A stretch of DNA of 64,000 nucleotides. Origin: Octopus vulgaris (Eukaryota). This document shows positions 13,506 to 27,285 of this stretch, in pieces (the stretch's first letter is position 1; each line of letters opens with the position of its first letter). The notes beneath the pieces were generated by a model, which saw only the letters and a list, made by a program, of their open reading frames with translations, searched no databases and was not told where the DNA came from. Where the stretch lies: assembly GCA_951406725.2 (NCBI GenBank), contig OX597824.1, positions 69,874,001-69,938,000 of the forward strand, in the 5' to 3' direction. The translations under genes and the position numbers were made by a program.

Positions 13506-14206
13506 ATACATACTTGCGTAGTTGGCAAGAACAGGCGTTTGCTTGAGGTAGAAGATGGTTATATGTCCAGCATTACTTATTCTTCAAATTGCATTGATTA
13601 AAAAAACTTTTATTCAAGATCGTACTAGCCAATTCACCATAGCGTGAATCGTTACAAAGAGCATGGCTTGAAATTAAAGAAGAATCGATTGAAAACAACG
13701 TCAGAATAGGTAACTGAAATACTATTTATTTATTCATCGAAGGGACTCATTAATGCATTTGGCGTCCTCGCGAACCGTTACTAAGATGATTTTTGTTTCC
13801 CTCTGATACACATTGTATTCTGAACACAACACGTCCAACAGAGATATCCCCAGACGATTATCGTTATAGAATACGCCTAACAAAGTATCTATGTTACGAT
13901 TGATAAAAAGCTACAAACACGCACACATGGCGTTTTATTGACACCCAAATAACTTCACAAAATGTTATCCAAAGTTTCTCACAACCGATCGACAGACAAC
14001 CCCGAGTATTTTACTAATACGTGCTTATATTTGTGTTTACAAATCTTTATTACGTGCGACGATGATAAGCAGTTCAGTTACATATACGTAGCTATGTACA
14101 AAGCTAGCCATGTAAATTAATCTACCTACCTAGCCAAGTAGCTACCTACACGTACATACATAGATACATATCTTGTTACCTGCCTACTCTCCTACATAGG
14201 TACATA

Positions 14207-14237
<31 letters not shown>

Positions 14238-14658
14238 CATACATACATACATACATACATACATACATACATACATACATACATGCATACATACATACAT
14301 GCATGCATGCACACATTTATATACATACAAACATACATACATGCACACATACATACATGCATACATATGTACACACATGCATGCATATATGCATGCATGC
14401 CACTACTCGTCTTATACACTACACATCACTCAGTAATTAATTTTTTATTCGATGTGAAAGAGAAATATTTAATGGTACTTTTTGACTACATTTATTGGTT
14501 TGATCAGACATTATTTAATTTTTTATATTTATATATAATATACATACGTATATAAATATATATATATATATACACACACACACTCACGCTCACTCACTCA
14601 CACACACACACACACACTCACACACATTCACACACACACACACACACTCACACACATT

Positions 14659-14726
<68 letters not shown>

Positions 14727-15052
14727 CATATGTATATAGATATATATGTGTGTATATATATTCATATGTTTATATATATATACACACACATACGCACATA
14801 CACAGATACGCACTCGCATATACATTCACACTCACACACATGCATGCATACATACGTACATACATACGCACATACATACATACACACACACACACGTGTG
14901 TGTATGTTTATGTATGTATATGTTCATATGCCGGCTTATTGTTGACAGATAGTCGGTCATCACCTCCATTAACCTCTCAGCTGAAAACAAACCAAAAACG
15001 AACATGGCGGCGGCTGCAGCGATTTGACAGCAGCAGCAGCAGCAGTAGCAGC

Positions 15053-15143
<91 letters not shown>

Positions 15144-15373
15144 TTGGTGGGGGTGGGGGGTACATGCATTGATGGTGGTGAGGACGATGGGGAAGCTGAT
15201 GGCGATAGTGGTAACGGTGATAGATGCAAAGATAACGGTAGTGGTGGTTGCAGTCGTAGTAGCAAAGGTTGTAATGGTGGTTGTGATAAGGGTGGAGACG
15301 GTGGAGCGAGTACTTGGGTCGATTAATGCGTGTTGGAATTTTAAGTCCTGTGGTACTTTGAGAATTCCTGTTT

Positions 15374-15426
<53 letters not shown>

Positions 15427-15427
15427 T

Positions 15428-15476
<49 letters not shown>

Positions 15477-15574
15477 CTGTCGTCGTTATTGTTTAGTCAC
15501 TGTTTAACAATTTCTATAAGCAAAAGCATTCCATCCGTGATAATCCTGTTTTTCTTATTTGTAGGGAACCCAGA

Positions 15575-16110
15575 ATCACGTTACCCAAGATGTCCCGTTT
15601 CGAGACAAGCTTTTGGAATTCATCAAGTAAAACAAGTAAAAGAGTAAAGAGTACCAGGACTGCTGAAAAATATGTGCCCATTGCAGCCGAAATTTCTTGA
15701 CCCGTCGTGAGAAACTATATCCCAAATCTTGAGATCTGATGTCGTTCAGGAAGTGAATTGATTCCAGGTCATTTTCGCCCTGCCCGGCTCCTTCTGAAGC
15801 GGATTGTACATTCAATGCAGAAAAATTTAGTGTGTTTAGAGCAAGCCTTGCCGGCTTGCCGACTTACCATTCCTTGTCCAGGAAGCGCATTGACACTACG
15901 AGTCCTTTCCAAAATGACGCAGCCACACCTTTCGGGCCAGACCTGCCAAAAGACACGTACACCTCAAAAGCTACGTAATCCTCGCGATGAGATGAGAACT
16001 TTCGACTATATCGAACTTTTGCGGACTGAGGTCGTTCAGCAAGTGATCTTGTTTACAACTCAGTCCCAGGGTATGTGCATTCAAGCTACAGACTTTCGGT
16101 TTCGTCATAA
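15575..16110 (-). pseudogene. Possible decayed LINE AP-endonuclease N-terminus
   Basis: MTKPKVCSLNAHTLG..KQDHLLNDL..FDIV resembles the start of APE domains; heavily disrupted. Confidence 0.4.
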
Positions 16111-16127
16111 TATATATTTTAAATTCT

Positions 16128-16410
16128 TTTATTCTATTACTTGTTTCAGTCATTTGACTGCGGCCATACTGGAGCACCGCCTTTTAGTCGAGCAAATCGA
16201 TCCCAGGACTTATTCTTTGTAAGCTTAGTACTTATTCTATCGGTATCTTTTGCCGAACCGCTAAGTTACGGGGACGTAGACACACAAACACACACGTACA
16301 CACAAACATACACACACACACATATATACATATATATATACGACAGGATTCTTTGAGTTTCCCTCTTCCAAATCCACTCATAAAGCTTGGGTCGGCCCGA
16401 GGCTATAGTA
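16128..16410 (-). mobile_element. SINE family B copy
   Basis: Reverse complement of the 4456-4755 / 38453-38870 sequence. Confidence 0.85.
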
Positions 16411-16465
16411 GATACATAGATAGACAGACAAGCAGACAGACAGACAGACAGATAGACAGAAAGAC

Positions 16466-16549
<84 letters not shown>

Positions 16550-16566
16550 TAAAATTAAAAAATTAA

Positions 16567-17086
16567 GGGTACTAACAGGCAGTACCAGCATGCTAACATA
16601 GCAGTCAAAATGACTAAACCACAAGTTTTCACTTAAACACAAAGGTGGAAGCATGCAAATGAACAAAAACCTTAAGAACCCGTACCAATGCCGAAAATAA
16701 CCGAAAATTGAAAAAGCCAGATATTATTATAAATAATATATTCATATATATATATTTATATAATTTTTACTCACTTAGATCGCATTTTTAAAATTTGCTG
16801 CGGTATTAAAAACGGTCAACGCACGCGTTAGTTGAGATGAACAAACCCTTCAGCCCTGTTGTCAGTATGACTTACTGAGGATGAGCTACGGGTATTTCTC
16901 AAACTGCGAAATCACGGTGATAGGGACAGGTCTGACATATTCAGTTTTCGATTATTTTCGTCATTGGTACAGGGTCATAGAGTTTTCTTCATTTGCCGCT
17001 TTCACCTTTCTGTTTAAATGGAAATCTGTGGTTTGGTCATTTTGAATGCTATGCTAGCATGCCGGTATTAACTGATAATTTCTACC
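16567..17086. repeat. Inverted repeat with about 155-bp diverged arms and a central HHR-like motif
   Basis: 16567-16722 is the diverged reverse complement of 16931-17086; mirrored peptides appear in ORFs 16403-16666(-) and 16993-17196(+). CUGAGGA at 16875 and GAAA-UCACGGUGA-UA at 16908-16922. Confidence 0.75.
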
Positions 17087-17125
17087 TGTATTTGTTTTTT
17101 TTACACACTCACACACACACATGTG

Positions 17126-17159
<34 letters not shown>

Positions 17160-17305
17160 CATATACATTATATATAGTGTAATATATATAATATAATATA
17201 TACCTATCAGGTGGTCTTATTAAGTTAGACATGGCCTCGGCCAATCTTTAGCCGAAACATACACACACATAATATATATAAATATATCTATGTATATACA
17301 TGTAT

Positions 17306-17410
<105 letters not shown>

Positions 17411-18278
17411 TGTGCTTGTGTGCGTGTGTGTGCGTGTGTGTATACATTCTTTTATCCTTTTATTCATCTCAGCCATGCTAGAACACACAGTGGGTTTTGC
17501 TGGTTTCCTATTTGCTGAAAAGCAAATAGAAAGAAAGAAAATAAGAAAAAATACATGTAGCGAAATGAGAATGAGTCATTAAGGGTTTACCGGGGTCAAT
17601 TGGTGAACTTCACGGATTCCTGCTTTCCTTGCCTTAGCTTCTGGTTCTCAACTCCTCGTGGGACCGCAGATGTGCCCTCGTAACATATGGTTTGCAGGGT
17701 CATTTTAAAATCTAGTAGACTTCATCTCATATAGTTCTGATAACTGCTGATTTCTTCCAGAAAGAGTGAGACGGGGAGAGAGGGGAGGAGAAATATATAT
17801 AGAGAGAGAGGGGGGAGATAAGGGAGAGCGATGGAGAGAAAGGAGAGCATGGGAGAGAGAAGGGAGAGCGGGGGAGTGAGTGAGGGAAAGACAGAGATAG
17901 AAAGAGAGAGACAGAGAGACAGATGTATATGTATAGAGAGAGAAAGAAAGAGAGAGACAGGGACAGAAAGAGAGAGGGAGAGGCTAAGCACAGTGAGAGA
18001 ACGAGAAGAAGGATTGATTCAGTACAAAATTAATATGTTATTTAAACACCCTTTAGAAAGATCAAAGCTAAAGTTGACCGCGAGAGGATTTGAACTCAGA
18101 GCACAGAGAGCCGAAATAATTAATGCAATCCATCCGTTTCTACCTACTAGCCGCCAAGTCAATCTGATCATAAAGAACAGTCCCTTGTCAAAAGATGTAG
18201 GAATATTCACCGCAGTCATCTCGCCACTCTCTACGTCAACATATTCCATGTGATCTAAGTTATTAGGTACTGCTTGAA

Positions 18279-18512
18279 ATGAAGGTGGCGAGCTGGCAGA
18301 AACGTTAGCACGCCGGGCGAAATGCGTAGCCGTATTTCGTCTACCGCTGCGTTCTGAGTTCAAATTCCGCCGAGGTCGACTTTGCCTTTCATCCTTTCAG
18401 GGTCGATTAAATAAGTACCAGTTACACACTGGGGTCAATATAATCGACTTAATCCGTTTGTCTGTCCTTGTTTATCCTCTCTGTGTTTAGTCCCTTGTGG
18501 GTAGTAAAGAAA
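18279..18512 (+). mobile_element. SINE family C (Meta/MESC-like core) with 15-bp TSD
   Basis: TGGCAGAAACGTT and GAGTTCAAATTCC boxes; core GCCTTTCATCCTTTCAGGGTCGA..AGTACCAG. TAGGTACTGCTTGAA at 18264-18278 and 18513-18527. Confidence 0.9.
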
Positions 18513-18599
18513 TAGGTACTGCTTGAACAGGTGGTGTTGTCTTTTCTTTTCTCACTCTTCACCAACAAATATCATTATCACCTGTAATAAAACATAGGG

Positions 18600-18825
18600 G
18601 TGGCTCTCAGGGCTTCTGGCCTTAACTGATTGGAAAATTCTTAGAGGATCCCACCTGCAAGGCAATGCACTGTTTATCTTGACATGAGATCACCATGTCG
18701 CGCACATGTGGTTGTGATGCATGCGCCTGGTGTACCTTATCAGACAAGTGGTCATGATGGGTATACTGGGCTTTGTATATTTGTACCCGTACCATTTTCA
18801 TGGTACGCATTGGACTCTCACTCAT
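18600..18825 (+). mobile_element. Internally deleted copy of the 25250-25810 repeat
   Basis: Shares ccacctgcaagg..gagatcaccatgtcgcgcacat..ctctcactca with both downstream copies. Confidence 0.75.
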
Positions 18826-18869
18826 CGCCACCACCACCACCAACAACAACAACAATAATAATAATGATA

Positions 18870-20117
18870 TAATAGTAGCTGGACTCTAAATGAACTAATC
18901 AAAATAGACATGAAAACAAGAAAAATAATGACAGGGTTTAGGATGTACAACCCAAAATCTGACATAGAAATGCTATATGTACAACGTATAGAAGGTGGTA
19001 GAGGATTTATACAGCTAGAAAACTGTTTGAAAACAATCACCATAGGACTACAGAAATACCGATTTGAGAAGCAAAGAAAACTAATACAAATAGCCACAAA
19101 GCACGAAGCACGAACAAAACAAAAAAAAAACTGTTTTTAGTCTTTAAGGAAGGTAACAAATACAAAACAAAAGTCATAGTATCTAACAACTATGAAGAAA
19201 AAAAAAGAAACAACAAAAGCTGTAAAACAAATGAAATCCAAACTAATACTGGAACAGCAACGATGACAAGAAAAGCCTCTTCATGGCAAATATTGGGTTA
19301 AGCTAAACAGAAAAGAAATTGACAAAACAATGGCTGAGGACTCATAGCGGAGACTGAAAGATTTTTAATTGCATCACAATATCAAAGCCATCCCATCAGA
19401 AGTCACCAGAAACACGTAAAGAAAAGAAATACTGAAAAGAAATAATGAAAAGAAAAGTAACTGCAGAATATGTGATGGAGAAGAAAGAATACCTTGTATT
19501 ATCTCTGACTGCCCAGTCCTGGCTAAGAAGAAATATATTCACAGACACGACAGAATTGGGATCTATATATGCTGGAAGTTATGCCAATACTATGGAATAA
19601 CAACCGAAAAAAGATAGTATAGGCACACGCCAGAAAAAGGGTCACAGAAAATGAGAAAGCAACCATACTCTGGGATATGCCAAAACGCACAGATAGAGAA
19701 ATTAGGGCTAATAGACCGTATATAGTTGTCAGATACCATAAAAAAGCAATGCTTTCTAATTGATGTATCAATACCAACAGATGACAATGTTTCTCTAAAA
19801 GAAATGGAGAAACTTTCAAAATTCAAAGATCTGGAAATAGAGGTAACTCGAATGTGAAGTCTAAAAATAGAAGCAACTCCTATTATAGTAGGTGCATTAG
19901 GTATGACAAAAAACATTCAGACAAATACATAGCAAAAACATCAAGACTTACAAGTATACCTAACATACAGAAAATAGCACTACTAGGTACCGCGCACAAA
20001 ACACTTTCAATACAGTGAAAATAAGAGCACCACAGCAGACCACAGCACATACGCAAGGCACACAGAACTGCGTTCGGTAGAGTAATGAAAGCACGTGATA
20101 AAAATAAGACTACTGAA
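18870..20117 (+). mobile_element. R4/Dong-type LINE 3' fragment, decayed
   Basis: PKSDIEMLYVQRIEGGRG; nucleotide homology to 11724-12198 including the 3'UTR; multiple stops. Confidence 0.88.
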
Positions 20118-20994
20118 TGCCAAAGGCATCGGAGGGGTGATGCATACCCTGCGTGCAGATAAATGTTTTCACGTATTATAGTGTGGGTTACAATGCGTTG
20201 CTCACCCATGCTTTTTAACTGAACTGAATTAATTCTTTTCTTTTTTTAAGTATCACCATTATAGGTATTTATACTCCGGTGAAATTAATAAATCAACTCA
20301 TAAATAAATGAAACCCTTGAATCCATCAATGTACACACACACATGCACACACAAACACACACACGCACGCACGCACGCACGCACTCATACACAGTTATGT
20401 ATGTATGTATGTATGTATGTATGTATGTATGTATGTATGTATGTATGTATGTATGTATGTATGTATGTATGTATTATGTTTGTATGTATCGACGCACATG
20501 TGTCTACGCGCATAGGTACACCATGAGCTATACACACGCAGATGAGGAGCGATTCATATGAAAAACAAAGTGAACAAAATAATATGACTACTTGCTTATA
20601 AGGAATTATGTAAGTGGGTTTTTTTTAAGATAATCAAACCAAATGTTCATCATTTCGAGCTATTCACCCAATGAGTATTTCTGCTAAATGTGGTGAAAAT
20701 ACGTTCAGCCGTCTTCCAGTAATTTTGAAAATACACAAAGACGATTGATTACAATACTCTGCTTTCACTTGCATGCGGAAGGTAATAATAATATTTTACA
20801 GCAGTGCTCTACCCACAGAACCAAAACACAATAACATTTACATATCAAATTTGGAAGAAAATAACCTAGATAAGGATTTGGATATAGCGATGAACGCTAA
20901 TAAACTAGTTAACATACCGGGATATATTCTCAAAACAATAGATAAATATCAGGAATAGAAATAGAGTACTTAAAATGATGTTGATGATAATGAT

Positions 20995-21180
20995 GATCCT
21001 TTCTACAACATGCATATGTCTTGAAATTTTGGTGGGAGGGGCCTAATCGATTACATCAACACCTGTGCTCAACGGGTACTTATTTCATTGACCTCGATAT
21101 GATGAAAGTCGGCTTCGTGGGTAATTTAAACTTAGAACCTAAAGACGGAAGAAATGCCTCTTAGCATTCTGCCAGTTCGC
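20995..21180 (-). mobile_element. Degenerate SINE family C
   Basis: Diverged reverse complement of 21247-21462. Confidence 0.6.
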
Positions 21181-21181
21181 T

Positions 21182-21242
<61 letters not shown>

Positions 21243-21246
21243 TATT

Positions 21247-21462
21247 AAGGCGGCGAGCTTGCTCAATCGTTAGCACTCTGGATGAAATGCTTCGCGGCAT
21301 TTCGCCCGTCGCTACATTCTTAGTTCAAATTTCGCCGAGGTCGAATTTGCCTTTCATCCTTTCGGGGTCGATAAAATAAGTACTAGTTGAGCACTGGGGT
21401 CGATGTAATCGACTAGTCCCCTCCCCCAAAATTGCTGCCCTTGTGGCAAAATTTGAAACCAG
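21247..21462 (+). mobile_element. SINE family C in (TTA)n
   Basis: Head aaggcggcgagct.., core gcctttcatcctttcggggtcgataaaataagtac, followed by a TTA tail. Confidence 0.88.
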
Positions 21463-21716
21463 TATTATTATTATTATTAAGGCGGCGAGCTGACAGAACC
21501 GTTAGCACGCCGGGCGAAATGGCTAGCGGCATTTCATCTGTTTTTATGTTCTGAGTTCAAATTCCGCTGAGGTCAACTTTGCCATTCACCTTTTTGGGGT
21601 CGATAAATTAATTACCAGTTAAACACTGGAGTCGATACAGCTCTATATTTAAGAGATGAAGAATTATGTACAATATTTACATTTGACGGATATTTGTTCT
21701 CATCTTGTTTGTTGTT

Positions 21717-21762
21717 AACACAACGTTTCGGCTGATATACCCTCCAGCCTTCATCAGATGTC
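21717..21762 (-). ncRNA. Minimal type-I hammerhead ribozyme
   Basis: GACAU-CUGAUGA-A-GGCUG-gaggguauau-CAGCC-GAAA-CG-UU-GUGUU; complete core, 5-bp stem II, 5-bp stem I including G-U pairs. Confidence 0.8.
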
Positions 21763-21811
21763 TTGGGGAAATTTCGAACCTGAGTTCCCATTCCTAAGGT
21801 ATTTTTCGATG

Positions 21812-21851
<40 letters not shown>

Positions 21852-21915
21852 TATTATTATCATAACACCTAAAAATTACCTTAGGAATGAGAACCCTGCT
21901 TCGAAATTTCCCCAA

Positions 21916-21961
21916 GACACCTGATGAAGGCTGGAGGGTATATCAGCCGAAACGTTGTGTT
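21916..21961 (+). ncRNA. Minimal type-I hammerhead ribozyme
   Basis: GACAC-CUGAUGA(21921-27)-A-GGCUG-loop-CAGCC-GAAA(21949-52)-CG-UU-GUGUU; loopless palindromic ACGU helix III; predicted cleavage after GUU (21956). Confidence 0.82.
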
Positions 21962-22096
21962 AACAACAAACAAGATGAGGACAAATATCCGTCAAATGTA
22001 AATAATATAAATAATGTACTGGAGTCGATGTAACTGACTTAGCCTGTCCTCCGAAATTGCTGGCCCTATGCAAAAAGTTTGAAATTATTATTATCA

Positions 22097-22169
<73 letters not shown>

Positions 22170-23496
22170 ACTTTACATGACAGAGATGACAATCGTTTCT
22201 ATGATGAGGAAGAGGTAAAGAGGATCTTCTTCCTCGTAGTTCTTCTCTACATCATCATCATCATCATCATCATTAACATCATCATAAATGAACGTCATTA
22301 TCGCTATACATTGGTTAACATGTTTAACATATGATAGTTATGATACAAAATTTGTTGTAGATGATGAATATGATGATGATGATCATCATCATCATGATCA
22401 TCATCATCATTGTCATGAGGAGGAGGAGGGGAGTCAGTGGTGGTGGTGCTGCTGCTGCTACTGCTGCTGTTGAGGAGTAGGAAGAGGAGGCGGGGGAGAA
22501 AGGGCTGGAGGAGGAGGAAGGGGAAAGGAAGATTTGGAGGGGATGAATGATTGCTGTGATAATGATGGCGGCATTGCAGATGATAAAATAAGCATACAGA
22601 ATGAAATAGAATGAAATCGTATGAAATAGAACGAAACAGAATTGAACAAGAGCAGAACAGAAAAGAAAATAGAGGAGAAGATAGAGAAGAAAATGAAAGA
22701 AAAGACGAGAAGATGAAGCGAATAGAAGAGAAGAAGAAGAAGAAAGCGAAACAAAACAGAGATGATTAGAAATCAATACTTGTTAAAGCCGACGAATCTG
22801 TATTTGGTATTCTCTGTCTGCACCATTATGCTACCATTTAAAACTAAAAATGAAAAAGGATAAAAGAAAAAACCATGTAGAATAATAAGAAGGAAAACAG
22901 ACAAATATAACGACGTCAAACAAACAAAATTTATACAAAATGGCGAACACATAGAAGAAGCAGACGACCGAGAAGATGGTGTAGAAAAAGGGGGAATAAC
23001 TAACTATAAAACACCAACAACAACAACAGCAAAAATATTAATGAAATAAAATAAAATAAAATATAATGCTACAAAACAAAGATATCTCAAAGTGGACGAT
23101 GAAAAAGAAGAAAGAAAATGAAGAAATATTGGTAATTTCATTTAGAAAGCCTTGTTAGAAAAAGGGTAAAAAAAGAAAAAAGAGAATCAAACTTGCAACG
23201 CCAGACATTCAACATGGTATACGTTCCGCTGGTCTTATTATCTCTAACGCAATTTGACGGCTATCCCAAGAGAAGATGATAAATTTATTTCCTTGATCTC
23301 TCAAGCAACGTGGCTAGCTACTTCGAATAACAGTTGAAAGTTGTGTTCTTTGTTCTGGCCTCAGTCTAGCTAGCTTGTTTCAACTGTTGGACTGTTTGAC
23401 TGTATAACTGTTTGACTGTTTGACAAAAGCTGTCTTTTGATATGAAAGAAACGCGGTTGTATGTCTACGTATGAGTGTGTGTCTATATGTAACTCC

Positions 23497-23545
<49 letters not shown>

Positions 23546-23908
23546 TGAGTGAGTGGCGTTTTGTATGTGTGCATGGAAGTAAATGTGTCTGCGTAAATGA
23601 AGAGAATTCTATGTTTGTAATCTTTTTTGAATGCATACATACACAAATGCATACATGTATATATGTATACATACACACACACATTTAGATATATATATGC
23701 ATATGCACATGTATAACATTATATATATATGTACATATACATATATGTAAATATATATGCAACATAAATGTTTATATTCGTATGTGTGTGTACATACATA
23801 TATTTATATACATACATATATACATATGTATATATATATACACAAATACCCATACATTTAAATCCTCTTCTCTCTCTGTCTATCTACACACACACACATA
23901 TATATATG

Positions 23909-23946
<38 letters not shown>

Positions 23947-23980
23947 TATATTTACATATATATATATCAATTTATGTATG

Positions 23981-24035
<55 letters not shown>

Positions 24036-25039
24036 TACATATATATGTACAATATGAATATATTTGCATATATAAATATATACATATTTACATGCATATT
24101 TAATATATATATATATATATACACACACCTGCATACTTACATACATATAAATACATGAATACATACATACATACATACATACATACATACATACATACAT
24201 ACGTACAAATACATATATGCTTAGTATTGTAATATATATACAATGCTATATCTTTTTGATCCAAAATAGAAATGTATGTCAAGATAGTACTCGATATATT
24301 CAGATAGAGCTAATTCAAATATGTTTATAGTTGGACAACTATTTATACTGGAAACAATATATTCCATATGTACAGATAACGAACGGATATTTCAATATCT
24401 GTATATAGAGAGATTATATTGCTTCCAGAATTCATTTCCATTTAACTATAAACATTTTAGACGCGTGTAGTTCAATATCTCCCACGAAACTTTAAGTAAT
24501 GTGGAGCTAAGTCAGACTGTCATTAACTACATGTAAATGAGATGAGTGTCACTTTCTTTCGTTTTCTTACTCACATGTATGGGTGTATGTATGTACGCAT
24601 GTATGCGTGTGCGTGCGTGTGCGCGTGTATGTGTATGCACAAATATTGTAGTAGGTTCGTGCGAGAAAATAAACATTTAGATTAGTTCAAAAATGCTTCG
24701 GACATATTTCGATTCGTACAATGGCGTATTCACTGCCGTTTGACAGTGAGAAGAATTCTCGCTTTTGACAATAGTCGTTAAAAAGAGTACCAACAAAGTT
24801 ATTTTTAGGCGCCGCATGGGGGTACTAATGATAGTCAACAAGCTAGAAATATGTTCAACGCTTATCGTGAAAAAAGCTTCGGTTGAAAACCTTGACATAA
24901 AATTCGGAACTGAAAGCCTTAAAGTCGTTCGCTATTGCTTTCACCATTGTTCTAGCAACTTCTATAACAGCACTGGTGCGATTATCCAATGTAATTTTCC
25001 ATTTTGAAAAGAGTAAAAAAAACGAAAGAAAATTATTCA

Positions 25040-25215
25040 CTCTGTCTTACAGATAGAGTGACCACGTAGAGTACCATTGTTTGGATCTGGCCAACCCCAA
25101 GGAAAAACTAAGCTAAGAGCATTAGATTCCTTGGAAGAAAGCAGCGAATGTACACAAAAGCAAGGACGGAAAAATACGGACAATGTTACACAAATATAAA
25201 TACAAGAGAATAATA
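25040..25215 (+). mobile_element. 3'UTR end of a TAA-associated LINE
   Basis: ..gacggaaaaatacggacaatgttacacaaatataaatacaa followed by TAA/CAA repeats; homologous to 10316-10405. Confidence 0.55.
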
Positions 25216-25249
25216 ATAACAACAACAACAACAACAATAATAATAATAA

Positions 25250-25809
25250 TAAATGCCCTAATGCAGTACCAAGCAGTGGTTCTCATGACTCTTGATCTTG
25301 ACTGATTGGAAGTGTTATCAATTACATTGTTTTGTCTTGGTATAAAAGATAGACTACAGCAAATATTCTGCTCAATATCACAGATTTGCTAGTCAGTTGT
25401 CTGAGCTTAACCAGTTGAACATGTCACTTGGTGGCTGACGATATGTGCATCTCTGATCACAAGCAGAAGTAGTTGGGGAGCATCATAGCAATGTGTTGAG
25501 AGGAATTCTTTGGCGTTTGGATTATTCACCTTTGGAAACATGGGTGTTTCATTCAACATCCTTAAACAACCCTTATCCAGGGACCTTTTGAGTAGAACGG
25601 ACTACTATACCTGAAGAAAATTTTTATTGGGCCCCACCTGCAAGGTCATACGCTGTTTATCCTGATATGAGATCACCATGTCGCGCACATATGATTGTGA
25701 TGCATGTGTCTGATGTAGCCTTACCAGACGGGTAGTCATGATGTGTACACTGGACTTCGTATATTCGTACTCCAGTGTCACTTTGATGGCATGCACTGCT
25801 CTCTCACTC

Positions 25810-25896
<87 letters not shown>

Positions 25897-26450
25897 TTCT
25901 TCCTGGTAAGAATAATAATAATCTCATGGCTTCTGATCTTAACTGATTGGAAGCGTTATCATGTACATTGTTTTGTCTTGGTATAAAAGATGGTCTACAG
26001 CAAATATTCTGCTCAATACCACAGATTTGCTTGTCAGTTGTTTGACCTTAACCAGTTGAGCATGTCCCTTAGTGGCTGACGATATGTGCATCTCTGATCA
26101 CGAGCAGAAGTAGTGGGGGAGCATCATAGCCATGTGTTGAGAAGGATTCTTTGGAGTTTGAATAATTCACCTCTGGAAACATGGGTGTTTCGTTCAACGT
26201 CCTTAAACAACCCTTATTCAGGGACCTTTTGAGCAGGATGGGTTACTCGATCTGAAGAAAATTCTAACTGGGCTCCACCTGCAAGGTCATGTGCTGTTTA
26301 TCTTGATATGAGATCACCATGTCGCGCACATATGGTTGTGATGCATGTGCCTGGTGTGCCCTTATCGGACGGGTGGTCATGATGGGTATACTGGGCTTCG
26401 TATATTTTACCCCAGTGTCACTTTGATGGCATGCTCTGCTCGCTCACTCA
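25250..26450 (+). mobile_element. Two tandem copies (25250-25810 and 25915-26450) of an about 550-bp TAA-tailed retroposon fragment
   Basis: The copies align end to end, each ends ctcactc(AAT)n, and they are separated by (AAT)n. Confidence 0.85.
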
Positions 26451-26464
26451 ATAATAATAATAAT

Positions 26465-26790
26465 CTGGTGCAGAAGCTGCACCACATATCCTTTATAGTT
26501 GATATTGCACGTCCCTTTGACCCACGAATGTTCAGGAAGGAATGCGAAAAGATAGATAAATACAACACTCAGTCGAAACGGCCCGGCTATGGAAAATGAA
26601 GAAGATGAAGAGTGCCTAGTAGAACTGTTACAAAAGGTTTGCCTCCTTGGCATGGCCAGAATAATCAGGAAAGTATTAAACAGCTGAAAATATCGGATAG
26701 CATGGTACCGTAGGCTGCAGGTAGCAAGCCCGCAACGCATACAAGACTCCAGAAGCTCCAACAAAACCAGTGATAAAAAAGAAATAATAT
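26465..26790 (+). mobile_element. R4/Dong-type LINE extreme 3' fragment
   Basis: IVDIARPFD..KECEKIDKY and LQKVCLLGMARIIRKVLNS* match the RLE C-terminus of the other copies; bounded by TAA. Confidence 0.75.
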
Positions 26791-27046
26791 TAACAACAAC
26801 AACAATAATACTAATAATAATAACATGCCAAGACGAAAACTTCATTTGACCTTCGATACACGTGAATTTGTGGAATACCAAATAATAATGAACTTCCCTT
26901 CGCTGATGTCTCCTTCGCTGCTGGAATGAATTTTTTGGTGCGTTCATTTGTCATTCTGTTTAGCTATCATTGGAGGTGTGCTTCATTTTTGATCTACTTT
27001 GATCTGTCCAATAGAACGATCCCCAGCAAATTGATCTATCTATCAT

Positions 27047-27093
<47 letters not shown>

Positions 27094-27187
27094 GTCTATC
27101 TATCTACCTATCTCTATCTGCCTGTCTATCTATCTATCTATCTATCTGTCTGTCTGTCTGTCTGTCTGTCTATTTAAAGTTTACTTT

Positions 27188-27285
<98 letters not shown>

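Larger units (their letters stand above)
21637..22017. mobile_element. Palindromic non-autonomous element with two divergent hammerhead ribozymes (PLE pLTR-derived / retrozyme-like)
   Basis: Arms at about 21670-21806 and 21871-22005 are near-identical inverted repeats around a (CAT)n spacer. 12-bp TSD at 21625-21636 and 22018-22029. Confidence 0.85.
21479..22085 (+). mobile_element. SINE family C interrupted by the 21637-22017 insertion
   Basis: The SINE sequence stops at 21636 and resumes at 22018 with a duplicated ACTGGAGTCGAT. Confidence 0.85.

Noticed and set aside
22458-22754. Pro/Gln-rich ORF resembling a transcription-factor tail
   Set aside because: Low complexity, terminated by a stop within the CAG run, and no domain.
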